From a virus, in the IMG/VR virus record IMGVR_UViG_3300030107_007800, positions 1-64,000 of that record: DNA of 64,000 nucleotides, one strand, 5' to 3'. This document shows, piece by piece, positions 45,466 through 55,700 of the stretch. Within the stretch, counting starts at the first letter, position 1. Every line of letters begins with the position of its first letter. The position numbers were made by a program, and so were the translations under genes. A model generated the notes under the pieces. It was not told the origin of the DNA. It did not search any database and was given only the letters and a program-made list of their open reading frames with translations.

Positions 45466-46383
45466 ATGAATGAAGAAGTGTTTATAATTACGGGCGGAAC
45501 CGGTATGGTGGGCTCTGCTTTTAAAAATATATTACCACACGCAGAGTATATAACAAGGGAAAAGTTTCATAACTTAAACTACAGCATAGCAGAAAAATCT
45601 GTAATACATCTTGCGGCTAGAGTGGGTGGCGTGAAGGCGAATATGGATTATATGTCCGATTTTTTTCAAGAAAATTCTACTATAAATAAAACGATATTAG
45701 ACTATGCACACAAAGGCGGGGCGAAAAAAGTTGTTTCACTTTTATCAACTTGTGTTTATCCGGACTTCCCATATGTAAATTATCCACTGACAGAAGAACA
45801 ACTACATTTGGGACCGCCACACGATTCAAATTATGGGTATGCATATGCAAAAAGAATGGTCGATGTTATGTCTAGGGCATATCGCCAGCAATATGGTTGC
45901 AATTTTATAACAGCTATACCCAACAATCTTTATGGAGAAAATGATAATTTTGATTTAGAAAACAGTCATGTAATACCAGCTTTGATAAGAAAAGTTTGGG
46001 AGGCAAAAATAAATAATCAAAAATACATTCAATGTTGGGGAGATGGAAAGCCGCTAAGGGAATTCACGTATTCAGAAGATGTGGCAAAAATATTGATTTT
46101 TCTCCTAAACCATTACGAAGATCCAGACCCCATAAACATCGGCAACACTGAAGAATATTCAATAAAGCAAGTGGTTGAGATTATATGTGATTTATTAGAA
46201 TACAAAGGAGACGTTGTGTGGCAATTGGATAAACCATCGGGTCAATTTAGAAAGCCAAGCAGCAACCAAAAACTTCTTGATTTGGGTTGGAAAAAGAAAG
46301 ATTACACATCTTTAGAAGAAGGCTTAAAAAAAACTTGTGAATGGTTTAAAATAAATTATCCTAACGTTAGAGGTGTTAAGTGA
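45466..46383 (+). CDS. fcl: GDP-L-fucose synthase
   Basis: [40 protein letters not shown]. Confidence 0.92.
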   Translation: MNEEVFIITGGTGMVGSAFKNILPHAEYITREKFHNLNYSIAEKSVIHLAARVGGVKANMDYMSDFFQENSTINKTILDYAHKGGAKKVVSLLSTCVYPDFPYVNYPLTEEQLHLGPPHDSNYGYAYAKRMVDVMSRAYRQQYGCNFITAIPNNLYGENDNFDLENSHVIPALIRKVWEAKINNQKYIQCWGDGKPLREFTYSEDVAKILIFLLNHYEDPDPINIGNTEEYSIKQVVEIICDLLEYKGDVVWQLDKPSGQFRKPSSNQKLLDLGWKKKDYTSLEEGLKKTCEWFKINYPNVRGVK

Positions 46384-47363
46384 AAACAGCAATAATAACC
46401 GGTATTACAGGACAGGACGGGTCGTATCTGGCAGAATTATTATTGGAAAAAGGCTACAATGTCATTGGTCTAAAAAGAAGAACGTCAATTATATGTACGG
46501 ATAGGGTCGATCAAATTATAGAAAATAAAAACTTTAAAATGAAGTACTATGATTTGAATGATTCCGGCAGCATATGGTCACTTATTAATAAATACAAGCC
46601 AGACGAAATATATAATTTAGCAGCACAATCACATGTTCGCGTTTCGTTTGATATTCCCGAACATACAGTTGATGGTATTGCACTTGGTACTCTTCGCTTG
46701 CTAAATGCTGCTAAGGAATTAGTACCGGAATGCAAAGTATATCAAGCGTCTTCATCAGAGATGTATGGGGATAATCCGAATTATCCCTTTAACGAAGAGT
46801 CTAGGCTAATGCCAGCAAGCCCCTATGCTTGCGCTAAAGTTTTCGCCCATAACCTTGTAAGAAATTACAGAATGTCATATGGTCAATATGCGTGTAGCGG
46901 TATTCTATTTAATCACGAATCACCCCGCAGGGGCGAAACTTTTGTTACTAGAAAGATTACTATGGCAGCCGCTAGGATTAAGTTGGGTTTGCAAGATAAA
47001 TTATTTTTAGGCAACTTGGACGCAAAAAGAGATTGGGGCTTTGCCGGAGACTATGTTAGGTTAATGTGGCTAATGCTACAACAAGAAGAGGCTGACGATT
47101 ATGTAATTGCTACTGGAGAGACTCACTCTGTAAAAGAATTCTTGGATGCTGTTTTTGATCAAGCGGGTCTGGGAGACGCTAGTAAATATGTAGAAATTGA
47201 TCCAAGGTTCTTCAGACCGCAGGAGGTGCCATATCTCCTTGGGGATGCATCAAAAGCAAAAGAAAAGTTGGGATGGGAACCAGAGGTAACCTTTGAGGGC
47301 TTGGCTAAGATGATGTTTGAATCGGACTTAGAATATTTTAAAAAACAAATAGGAGAAAAATAA
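46380..47363 (+). CDS. gmd: GDP-mannose 4,6-dehydratase
   Basis: [43 protein letters not shown]. Confidence 0.96.
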   Translation: MKTAIITGITGQDGSYLAELLLEKGYNVIGLKRRTSIICTDRVDQIIENKNFKMKYYDLNDSGSIWSLINKYKPDEIYNLAAQSHVRVSFDIPEHTVDGIALGTLRLLNAAKELVPECKVYQASSSEMYGDNPNYPFNEESRLMPASPYACAKVFAHNLVRNYRMSYGQYACSGILFNHESPRRGETFVTRKITMAAARIKLGLQDKLFLGNLDAKRDWGFAGDYVRLMWLMLQQEEADDYVIATGETHSVKEFLDAVFDQAGLGDASKYVEIDPRFFRPQEVPYLLGDASKAKEKLGWEPEVTFEGLAKMMFESDLEYFKKQIGEK

Positions 47364-47364
47364 A

Positions 47365-47568
47365 ATGAATTTATCAGATCAGGCTGTTGGAGCCGTTATG
47401 ATGGCTCTGCAAAAGAGTCTTTTAGAACAAAGCGACATAGTACCAGTCCTTAAAGGGTTTGACTTTGTTGCTGCTTCCGAGGAAGAAGGGGAAGAAGCCG
47501 AGCTTTTTGTAAAAAATCCTCCCTTGGTTAAGATGGGAGTTGAAGAAGTTGGGGATACAGAGGAATAG
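47365..47568 (+). CDS. hypothetical protein
   Basis: AGGAG SD; operon-packed. Confidence 0.65.
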   Translation: MNLSDQAVGAVMMALQKSLLEQSDIVPVLKGFDFVAASEEEGEEAELFVKNPPLVKMGVEEVGDTEE

Positions 47569-47569
47569 T

Positions 47570-47809
47570 ATGCCAACCTATTGTTATCATTGCGAAGAAT
47601 GCGATGAGCATTTTGAAGCATTTCATTCGATGAAAAGCATTGAAACAGTGTGTGCATTGTGCGGAAAAGAAGATTGTTTAACGAGGGTGCCTTCAATGCC
47701 CACTTACGTTAAGTCAAGAAATGCGGGTTCTGTTGTTAAGCAGCATATCGAAGAGGCAAGAATGCAACTTGAAAGTGATAAAAAAGAGTCCAAGAGGGAA
47801 ATAAAATGA
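47570..47809 (+). CDS. FmdB-family zinc-ribbon protein
   Basis: MP.Y.Y.C..C...FE...C..CG. Confidence 0.8.
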   Translation: MPTYCYHCEECDEHFEAFHSMKSIETVCALCGKEDCLTRVPSMPTYVKSRNAGSVVKQHIEEARMQLESDKKESKREIK

Positions 47810-48114
47810 GCTTGCTTATATTTTTTCTAATTTTTTCTGTTGCATTAAATATTCTTTTGTTATGGTACATAAGAAAAATGCTAGCCAAATTGTTATCGGT
47901 ATCGGGCAATATGGGTAGTTTGGTCGAGGATTTAGCTTCGTATCAAAACCATTTACAGCAATTATATGAAATGGAAATGTATTATGGGGAGCCAAGTATT
48001 AAGAATTTAATTGTTCACTCTAGACAGATAATAGATCATGTAAAAGAGTTTAGCGATGTATATAATCTTGTAGAAGATAGGCTCGACGAAGTTGAAGAAA
48101 CAGAAGTAGAATAA
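47806..48114 (+). CDS. single-TM membrane protein
   Basis: N-terminal hydrophobic helix followed by a coiled coil. Confidence 0.65.
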   Translation: MSLLIFFLIFSVALNILLLWYIRKMLAKLLSVSGNMGSLVEDLASYQNHLQQLYEMEMYYGEPSIKNLIVHSRQIIDHVKEFSDVYNLVEDRLDEVEETEVE

Positions 48115-48115
48115 T

Positions 48116-48796
48116 ATGAGCAAGAAAAAGAATTTATACTTTACTAAAGATCACGAGAATGCAATTGTGCAGTATTCGAGAACTGATGATATAAAAGTTA
48201 GAACAGAGCTTTATATTCAGTGGATCGAGCCAGCATTCAGCGAAATGGTCAATAAGATAATTTATACTTATAGATTCACAAACCTGCCAAACATAGAAGT
48301 ACTTAGAGACGAATGTAAAATATGGTTAACAACAATATTGGACAAATATGATCCAAATAAAGGGTCTAAAGCTTTTTCTTATTTTTCCGTCATAACTAAA
48401 AACTGGTTTATTCATAAAGTTAGGAAAACAAACCAAAGTAACAAAAGGGAAGTACAATTAGATCAAATATCTAAAACTTCTGATATCTCCAATATAACTG
48501 TAGAAAACGAATACCACCAAAAAAGAGAAGAGATGGAATTTTGGAGAAGTTTGTGGGAAGAGATTAACTTGTGGGAAAAAAACATCAATATGAAGCCTAA
48601 TGAGCAGAAGGTGTATGAGGCAATTAAAATATTGTTGGACTCCCCCGATACCATAGAGATATACAACAAAAAAGCAATATATCTTTATATTAGAGAAATA
48701 ACAGGTCTTAACACAAAGCAGGTTGTCAATAATCTAAATAAGATGAGAGTCAGGTACAGGGTTTTTAAAAAGAAGTGGAATAGAGGAGAAATATGA
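48116..48796 (+). CDS. putative phage late sigma factor (T4 gp55-like)
   Basis: YF......AI..Y; KYDPNKGSKAFSYFSVI.KN resembles sigma region 2 of gp55-type factors; sits at the head of the structural genes. Confidence 0.6.
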   Translation: MSKKKNLYFTKDHENAIVQYSRTDDIKVRTELYIQWIEPAFSEMVNKIIYTYRFTNLPNIEVLRDECKIWLTTILDKYDPNKGSKAFSYFSVITKNWFIHKVRKTNQSNKREVQLDQISKTSDISNITVENEYHQKREEMEFWRSLWEEINLWEKNINMKPNEQKVYEAIKILLDSPDTIEIYNKKAIYLYIREITGLNTKQVVNNLNKMRVRYRVFKKKWNRGEI

Positions 48797-48818
48797 TTTT
48801 AAACTATTTACAAATGTT

Positions 48819-49109
48819 ATGAAAGACTTAGAATCATATATCGAAGAAGCAATAAAAAACATCAGGAGTGATCGCGCTATCACCACGACTCTGTTAATGG
48901 AGTTGCTGGAGTATATGAAAAAGGATGAGGACAGGAAAGAGTCTGTCGGAACCATCGCCGCGAAATACGTAGAAACACTTCAACGCTCTAATGAGCAATT
49001 GGTAAAAGTAAGCAACCTCATACAAAAAAATAGCTCAGGGTCCGAAGAGCTTTCAAGTCAAGATAAAGAAGATTTATTTGATTTGATTAATCGCAAGGAG
49101 GCTGGGTAA
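48819..49109 (+). CDS. hypothetical helical protein
   Basis: AAACTATTTA motif at 48801-48810 upstream. Confidence 0.7.
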   Translation: MKDLESYIEEAIKNIRSDRAITTTLLMELLEYMKKDEDRKESVGTIAAKYVETLQRSNEQLVKVSNLIQKNSSGSEELSSQDKEDLFDLINRKEAG

Positions 49110-51766
49110 TGAGGAATTCCAGAGGCTCCGGTGGGGAAAATAATGCCGACAATACGGTGAATGAAGGCTCTGTGCCCAACACAGCAGAGGGAAGCGAATA
49201 CATATATTTAAACGCAAAGTTTGGTGATTTAAATCCAATATTTGATTCCGGTATTAAAGATGCTCCCCCATCAGACAATAGGACTCCCAATGGATTCCAG
49301 CAGATTAATAAACTTGTTAATGCACATATCGAAGCTGATCTTTTGGAAAAAACAGGTCCTTATTTGGGAATAGTTTTAAGAATTGAATCTAATGAAACTC
49401 AGCCAGTCCCAACAGAAAAAAACTGGGTTGAAAGGGCGCAGACTGTCGCATCCAGTGGGGAAGCGGAAATTATTCCCCTGTTGACCTTAAGGGTAAGAAT
49501 TCCAGAGCTACATGCTCATCTTCCAGTTCCCAAAAAGCTCCCCGACGAAGGAGTTTTCCAAACTGCTTGGGATATCCTTAATCGTGGATTGGGAGCTATG
49601 ACAGATCACTCCATAATAAAAATGTATCCTGTATTCTCTTGTAGGGATACCGATGTTAGCACCTTTACTCCACAAAAGGGATCCTTGGTGTGGGTTGATT
49701 TTGTTGACAGAAAAACCCAAACAGGTGGAATATATTTAAAGCCACTTGATTATACTAAGGCGTCTATAAACACAGTCCGTATGGGCACCGGAGCTGGCGC
49801 TTCATTTACAAACGTTGGGTTAATGCCCCCCGGAGGTGCCCCCGGCGCGGGAAATTTTAATGGAAATCCTCCATTTAATTACAGTGGACCGGGAACTTTA
49901 CCTGATGGAACACCACCTACAGTAGCGGCAGTGAGGGAAAAGCTTTCAAGCTTTAGAGCACAAACCGGTCATAAGATGTCGGAACATCCCGATAGATTAA
50001 CAAGTGCGTATTATATTTTTGATAGATTCACACAAGCATTTGGGTGGACCGCTGCTTGGACTGCGGCAGCGTTGGTACAATCGGGTGGGGAAAGTGGTAT
50101 AAACACAAAAGCTACAGAAAATAAAGATGAGCCATATCCTAATTATGGTCCGGGGTTTGGGCTTTTTGCAATTACGAATACTGGTGGTATGGGCGAGCCT
50201 AAAAATATGGCTTATATAAAGGGTGCTTGCGCTAAATTACCAAGCGAAATAAAAGATATGATAGGGTGGACCGAAGGTGCAACAATATTGCCAGACATTG
50301 ATGCCAATGGGCAGATCATTGCTAGGGATGTATCATACTTGGCAGGTCTTCACGGAGGAGACACAGCCTTAGCCAATGCCGATCCACCGCCCCCTACTAG
50401 AGTTGGCGCTAAAGTAAAAGGGTATTATGACTGTCACGATCCTAGAGTTACTGCTGATAGGTGGGCATTGGTTGTTTTGAAATATTATAAGGACAGGGCG
50501 TACAATCAAAATCTAACCGCAGCACAGTGTCTAGAGAAGCTTCACTGGTCTTTCCTTGCTGCTGGATACAAGAGTGTTTATATAAAAAGAGCAAACGAAG
50601 GAAGTGAAAAGGCTTTAGAAATTTTAACTAGATTTTCTCAGGGTCATGCAAAAAGGCAAAGAAACGGTCACAAGTGGCTTGGGGACGAACTGTGGGGACC
50701 GCTTGGTCCCTTTGCGGACGACGGAGATGGTGTGGATCCAATCATACTGGAGCCCGGACAAGATTGGAATCAGGGAAACACGGTGTATCATCCAAGATAT
50801 GGACAAGTTCCAGTTGTACGTAGAGGAAACAACCCTGCGCTGACAAAACAGGGAGCTAACTTTTATAGCTCTAAGGGCGGCTTTCTTTTGCCACCAAGAA
50901 CAACTTTGGGAGGCATAACAAAAAGAATTATAAACATAGAAGGGGATGTGGTCGATACAAACTCTAGAATACTCAATAGGGGTATATACAAAGTGGCTAC
51001 CAATGTTGAAATGGTCCCCGATGTTAAAATTAAACCGGATAATTGGAGTTTTCAAGGTGATCCAAAAATGTTAAGAACCAATAGGGTTAGACCCTATTCA
51101 TACGGAATGATGCATAGGCGCTCTGAAAATTTAGTCAATGTTCCAACTGTATATCGCAAGAAAATTCAGAATCAAAAATTGCATATTTTAGCAGCTAAAA
51201 GATTCGAAGCTATGAACTATTATTGGCTCAGGTATATAAATAATTTAACAGAAAACGAACTAAGAGATAACGATATCCGTGGTATATTTAGGATATCAAA
51301 AGGGTGGTCAAGGCACAAATACAAAGACGATTACGAGTATTATACTGATAAGATGGTCGATAAATATGGATCCTTAAAAGAGGGAAAAAAATACAACCCA
51401 TTTCACTCTGCATACGAAACGGGTCTTGTATTTACTATGGGAAATAATGGCTTTTCCGCCCCAGAATCCGCAGAGTCCGATGAAGAATATCCGCCCTTTG
51501 AATATTATAAAAACCTTCTATCTTGGCAATGGTTGGTGAATCATGCTTATTTATTTGGCATATATCCGAATGAGTTCTATCCTTGGAGGTGGGAAGTGCA
51601 GGTACCTAGAGTCAATTGGTTTTCGGGTAATGATTTTGCAAATTCTAAAACTGGCGCAATAGTTCAGGGAGTGAGATTTAAGTATTGTATGTATATTGTA
51701 GAAGAGAGCATCGAGACAGGCAGAAGAACATCTGACGAAGAATTCAACGAATACATATTTACTTAA
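49109..51766 (+). CDS. baseplate hub-associated protein with lysozyme-like and degenerate M15 (VanY-like) domains
   Basis: N-terminal OB-like (RVRIPE, G.LVWVDF); AAAL.....ESG...G.GLF; C-terminal AAKRFEAM..SAYETG..WL..HA..FG..PW. Confidence 0.55.
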   Translation: MRNSRGSGGENNADNTVNEGSVPNTAEGSEYIYLNAKFGDLNPIFDSGIKDAPPSDNRTPNGFQQINKLVNAHIEADLLEKTGPYLGIVLRIESNETQPVPTEKNWVERAQTVASSGEAEIIPLLTLRVRIPELHAHLPVPKKLPDEGVFQTAWDILNRGLGAMTDHSIIKMYPVFSCRDTDVSTFTPQKGSLVWVDFVDRKTQTGGIYLKPLDYTKASINTVRMGTGAGASFTNVGLMPPGGAPGAGNFNGNPPFNYSGPGTLPDGTPPTVAAVREKLSSFRAQTGHKMSEHPDRLTSAYYIFDRFTQAFGWTAAWTAAALVQSGGESGINTKATENKDEPYPNYGPGFGLFAITNTGGMGEPKNMAYIKGACAKLPSEIKDMIGWTEGATILPDIDANGQIIARDVSYLAGLHGGDTALANADPPPPTRVGAKVKGYYDCHDPRVTADRWALVVLKYYKDRAYNQNLTAAQCLEKLHWSFLAAGYKSVYIKRANEGSEKALEILTRFSQGHAKRQRNGHKWLGDELWGPLGPFADDGDGVDPIILEPGQDWNQGNTVYHPRYGQVPVVRRGNNPALTKQGANFYSSKGGFLLPPRTTLGGITKRIINIEGDVVDTNSRILNRGIYKVATNVEMVPDVKIKPDNWSFQGDPKMLRTNRVRPYSYGMMHRRSENLVNVPTVYRKKIQNQKLHILAAKRFEAMNYYWLRYINNLTENELRDNDIRGIFRISKGWSRHKYKDDYEYYTDKMVDKYGSLKEGKKYNPFHSAYETGLVFTMGNNGFSAPESAESDEEYPPFEYYKNLLSWQWLVNHAYLFGIYPNEFYPWRWEVQVPRVNWFSGNDFANSKTGAIVQGVRFKYCMYIVEESIETGRRTSDEEFNEYIFT

Positions 51767-51786
51767 GCGGGGGTATAGGATTTAAA

Positions 51787-52734
51787 ATGTCAAATTGTAT
51801 TAAAAAACCTAATGATTTATCAAATTTGGATCCAAAAGTCAAGCAGAGTATGGATGCGGCGACCAAGGAAGAAAAGTTATCTTTGGAGGGAATTGGATGT
51901 GATAAAAAGCTAGAGCCCATACCAAACTTTCGTAAAGCTCCTTGTGAAGATGTTGTCGCTAATGGTCAAAACAATGTTCAAATTGTTGCGGGAAGAGATA
52001 GACCATCAACACTTTTATCTGGATATGGAGGCAGAGGTGACACACAGGCTGGGTCTATTGATATAGTTGTTGGGAGAATGTCTGCTAATCCTGCGGTGGT
52101 CACTAAAGAAAACAAGAAGATCTTTGTAGATCCAGATTTTGAAAAAGATGCTGCAAGAATTCACATAAGTCAAAAAACAGATGTTGATAAGAATTTTAAT
52201 ATTGCTGATGGAGTCGTTGGTAATTCAATCACCAGATCTGGTATAGGAATTAAAGCAGATAGTGTTAGAATAGTCGGTAGAGAGGGAGTAAAGATTGTTA
52301 CTCAAACTGATAATAAAAATTCTTTAGGCGGCGATATATTATCAACAAAAGGTATAGATTTGATAGCAGGAAACGATGACTCGGATTTGCAGCCATTAGT
52401 AAAGGGCAATAATCTTTTAGAAATTTTGAGGATTATAGTAGAGGACATCCGGAGGATAAATGGAATGGTCAATTCTTTAGCCACAAAGCAGGTTGCTTTA
52501 GATGCGGCTTTGGTTGCACACACACATCTAGTGATGCCTCTACCACCTGCTGCTCTTATTGCAATTCCATCAGTAGAATTGGGTATAGCTGCAACTGCGG
52601 ATGCGGCACAAATTGCTGCTCTTGATTTTCCCTCTCACGCCTCGCATACTGCAAATAGTATTACTAGCGAAATTGATTATTTAAAGCCGGGAGGATCAAA
52701 GTATATAATTAGTAAATTCAACAATACCAATTAA
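51787..52734 (+). CDS. baseplate central spike-like protein
   Basis: Beta-repeat region (IGIKADSVRIVGR), C-terminal HTH (HxH) metal-binding tip motif; position before the wedge genes. Confidence 0.6.
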   Translation: MSNCIKKPNDLSNLDPKVKQSMDAATKEEKLSLEGIGCDKKLEPIPNFRKAPCEDVVANGQNNVQIVAGRDRPSTLLSGYGGRGDTQAGSIDIVVGRMSANPAVVTKENKKIFVDPDFEKDAARIHISQKTDVDKNFNIADGVVGNSITRSGIGIKADSVRIVGREGVKIVTQTDNKNSLGGDILSTKGIDLIAGNDDSDLQPLVKGNNLLEILRIIVEDIRRINGMVNSLATKQVALDAALVAHTHLVMPLPPAALIAIPSVELGIAATADAAQIAALDFPSHASHTANSITSEIDYLKPGGSKYIISKFNNTN

Positions 52735-52767
52735 TACAAAAATACAAATTTAACTTGGAATACAAAT

Positions 52768-55700
52768 ATGGCAAGCACTCATAAGCACAAATTAAAATTC
52801 ACCAATAAATATAAGGATAAAATACCCCTCAGATTATATCCGTCTGTAAATTCTCCAATTGTTGGATATACAAGTGCAGAATTAAAACAGGAAAATTCCG
52901 GAGGCGCACTCCCTTTAATAGTGCCGAACGAAGTAGATCTTGTTAGAGAGTGGGTCCTTGGAACCGGAAAAGAAGATGATTACAGCTTAATAAAAATGCC
53001 AGCACTTTCGGATCCTTTAGACGAAAATTCCATTGAAGCCAAAGGGGGAATTTTTTATGTTCCAATCGCAACAGTTGTTGCAAAGTCAGCCCATCAAAGC
53101 AAAGTTTTAGAAAAACTACCAATAACTTTAGAAAAATTATCTCCAATGGCTCAAGTTCTCAAGCCAGAATGGACGAAAATGGAATCACCGTATTATGATA
53201 GGGAATACGGTGATTATTGGATCAACGCAAGGATTCCGCACACATGCGTGGCAGAGGGGCTAACAGATGAGATGAAGTCTGAAGCCACAGAAAATGCGAT
53301 TAAGCAAATTTATAGACACTTTAATATTGATTTGGATAGTGAAGACTATGGTATGAGTTATTTTAAAAATGGCTTATTGGCAACAAAAATAGTCGATTGG
53401 TATATTTCTACAAGACCACACTCCAGATTGCAGGTTTTTGTAAAAATACCAGCCATATATATAGAATTTTTAAAAACAGTGCAAAAATCCACTTCCTCTT
53501 ATGATGATGATTATCCAATGACTGAGGAGGTATTAAATTGGTCTGAACTTGAAATAAGTATCCCAATAAATTCTTTTGACGCATCTATCGACAGGGCAGT
53601 TGAATGTTTAAAAAAATATTATAAACAATATATGACTGCTGATTTTGTAGTTAAAAAATTTAATTTTGAAAAAGAAATTAAAGCACTCAAAGATACAAAA
53701 TCAAAGGTAAAGTTTTTATTAAATGAAAATAATATAAATTATCCAAGCACAGACTCCCTGAGTAATAGCAAAAAAAATCGTTCTGTTGGCGGTATCATAA
53801 AATTTAGATTTAATCCTGATTTTTCTATTAACAGCGTAGAATATTCATCTAAATCTCTTTCGAACTCTCTTCATACTTTAAAAACCACCTATCCATTTAA
53901 CAGCCCCAGAACTAGTTTGTTGTTTCTAAGACATAGAGAATTGTGCAACCCTAGTCTGTCTTTAGTGGGTTTTTTAAAAACTTATATAATAAGTCCGGTC
54001 GTCAATATTGAGTGGAACGAGAAAAATTCGCCATCTAGCAGAGTAAAAAACAAGCAAGTATCACAATATGGTCAGTTTGATTTAAATATATCGCCATTAG
54101 ATTTGCAAGCTTCTTTGAAAAATATTTCTTTAAATTTGAATTCCAGATTAAATGTAAATCCAGACCTAGATATTGGTTCTTTTGGCTTCAACAATTCGGC
54201 GTTTAATTTAGGTGATGGCACGAACCCAAAATTCGACTTTAAGCTTGAAGCTGTAAATTTTAGAGACTCACTTAGCATATTCAGTGGAGATATGTTTTCA
54301 TCCCCCGACCTTCTTGATTCTCTGAGTTGGAGATTGAGAAATGGCGGATTAGACGATTTGTACAATTATGTATTAAAATTTATAAATTTTGAAAAACTCT
54401 TCGCTGCGATTGGCAACTATTACGCTTCGTCAACTGCCCTATCTCCGAGTTGGCAAAATCGAAAACTGGGCGATCTATCAGCGCCAGATTTCGGAGGTCT
54501 TGGTGGTTCACTGGGATCAGCAGACCTCGCACCGTCTATGGGTTCTTTTGGCATTCCCCCCGGAGGAGAGTGGTTTGCTTCAAATCCACTGTTAAATGCA
54601 CAAGGATTAGATTTGCAAGGCGAAGATTGGGAGGCAGCCTTTGGCGACCTGACGGGAGTTGATTTTGGAGGATTTGGAGATTTGTTGTATGGAGGTGGCG
54701 TGGGGATGGACTCTTCTTGGCCCAATGTTGGTGGTGTCGCCCTTAGCGCCCCAGATTCATCTTTTGATTTCAATTTCGAAATACCATCTTTCACACTCAG
54801 GATACCGACGTTCAACCTTTTAGACACATTGTTGGCATCGTTAATGGAGATTTTTGAGCGGGTTTTGACCCAGCTAATACTTCAATTTATATTATACTTG
54901 CTCGAAACATTGTTGGAGAAGAACACAAGTTCAGCCGCCCAAGGCTGTGATTCACCATCAGATTTGCTCGATTCCCCACGACTGTCGGAGCCTAATGTTT
55001 CAGCGGACATAGCAGTTTTAAAAAATTATGGAGGTGAGAATCTTAATAATCTTATGAAAGATTCGATAGGTGTTTTTGACGATGAGGTGTATAGAGAAAG
55101 ATTGGCTGAAATATTTACAATTTGCGGAATTCCAGTACAAGGATTTACAAGCTTGATGCCAAATGACGCAGAATATGACGAAAACAACGACCCTTCGCTC
55201 ATTAACCCCCTTACAGCAGTTTCTTTTATGGATTCAATATCAGAAATGATCAGTCCATTCGAGCTGTTGAGCTTGTTTAGGGGAAATGCTGCGTATTCTC
55301 TTCTAAAAGAAATTCATGAAATGTCAGAATCTGATGAGCAATATCAGACCATAACATACACCTTGGACACGACCTCGAAAATAGAGAGCTTTTTTGTATG
55401 CTTGGGGGAGAACTTATCTGAAGACGTAATTGAGCAAGTGCGAAGTGACATAATTGAGACTTATGAAAATCCCGAAATGTGCATCGATGTTGTACAAGAA
55501 TTAAAAAGCCAAATGGAAGAAAAATGTCCCGGTCCAAAAACTATAGCTAGAAGCGTCTATAAGGAAGTGTATGATTCGGCTATTAAATATAAAAGAATAG
55601 TCAATCTTCTGCGGGAATCCAAGGGGGAAGATGACAAACATGTTCCTTCGTTGTTTAACGATGGACCAGTTAAGGGCATTCTTTCTTCAGAAGATGTCAA

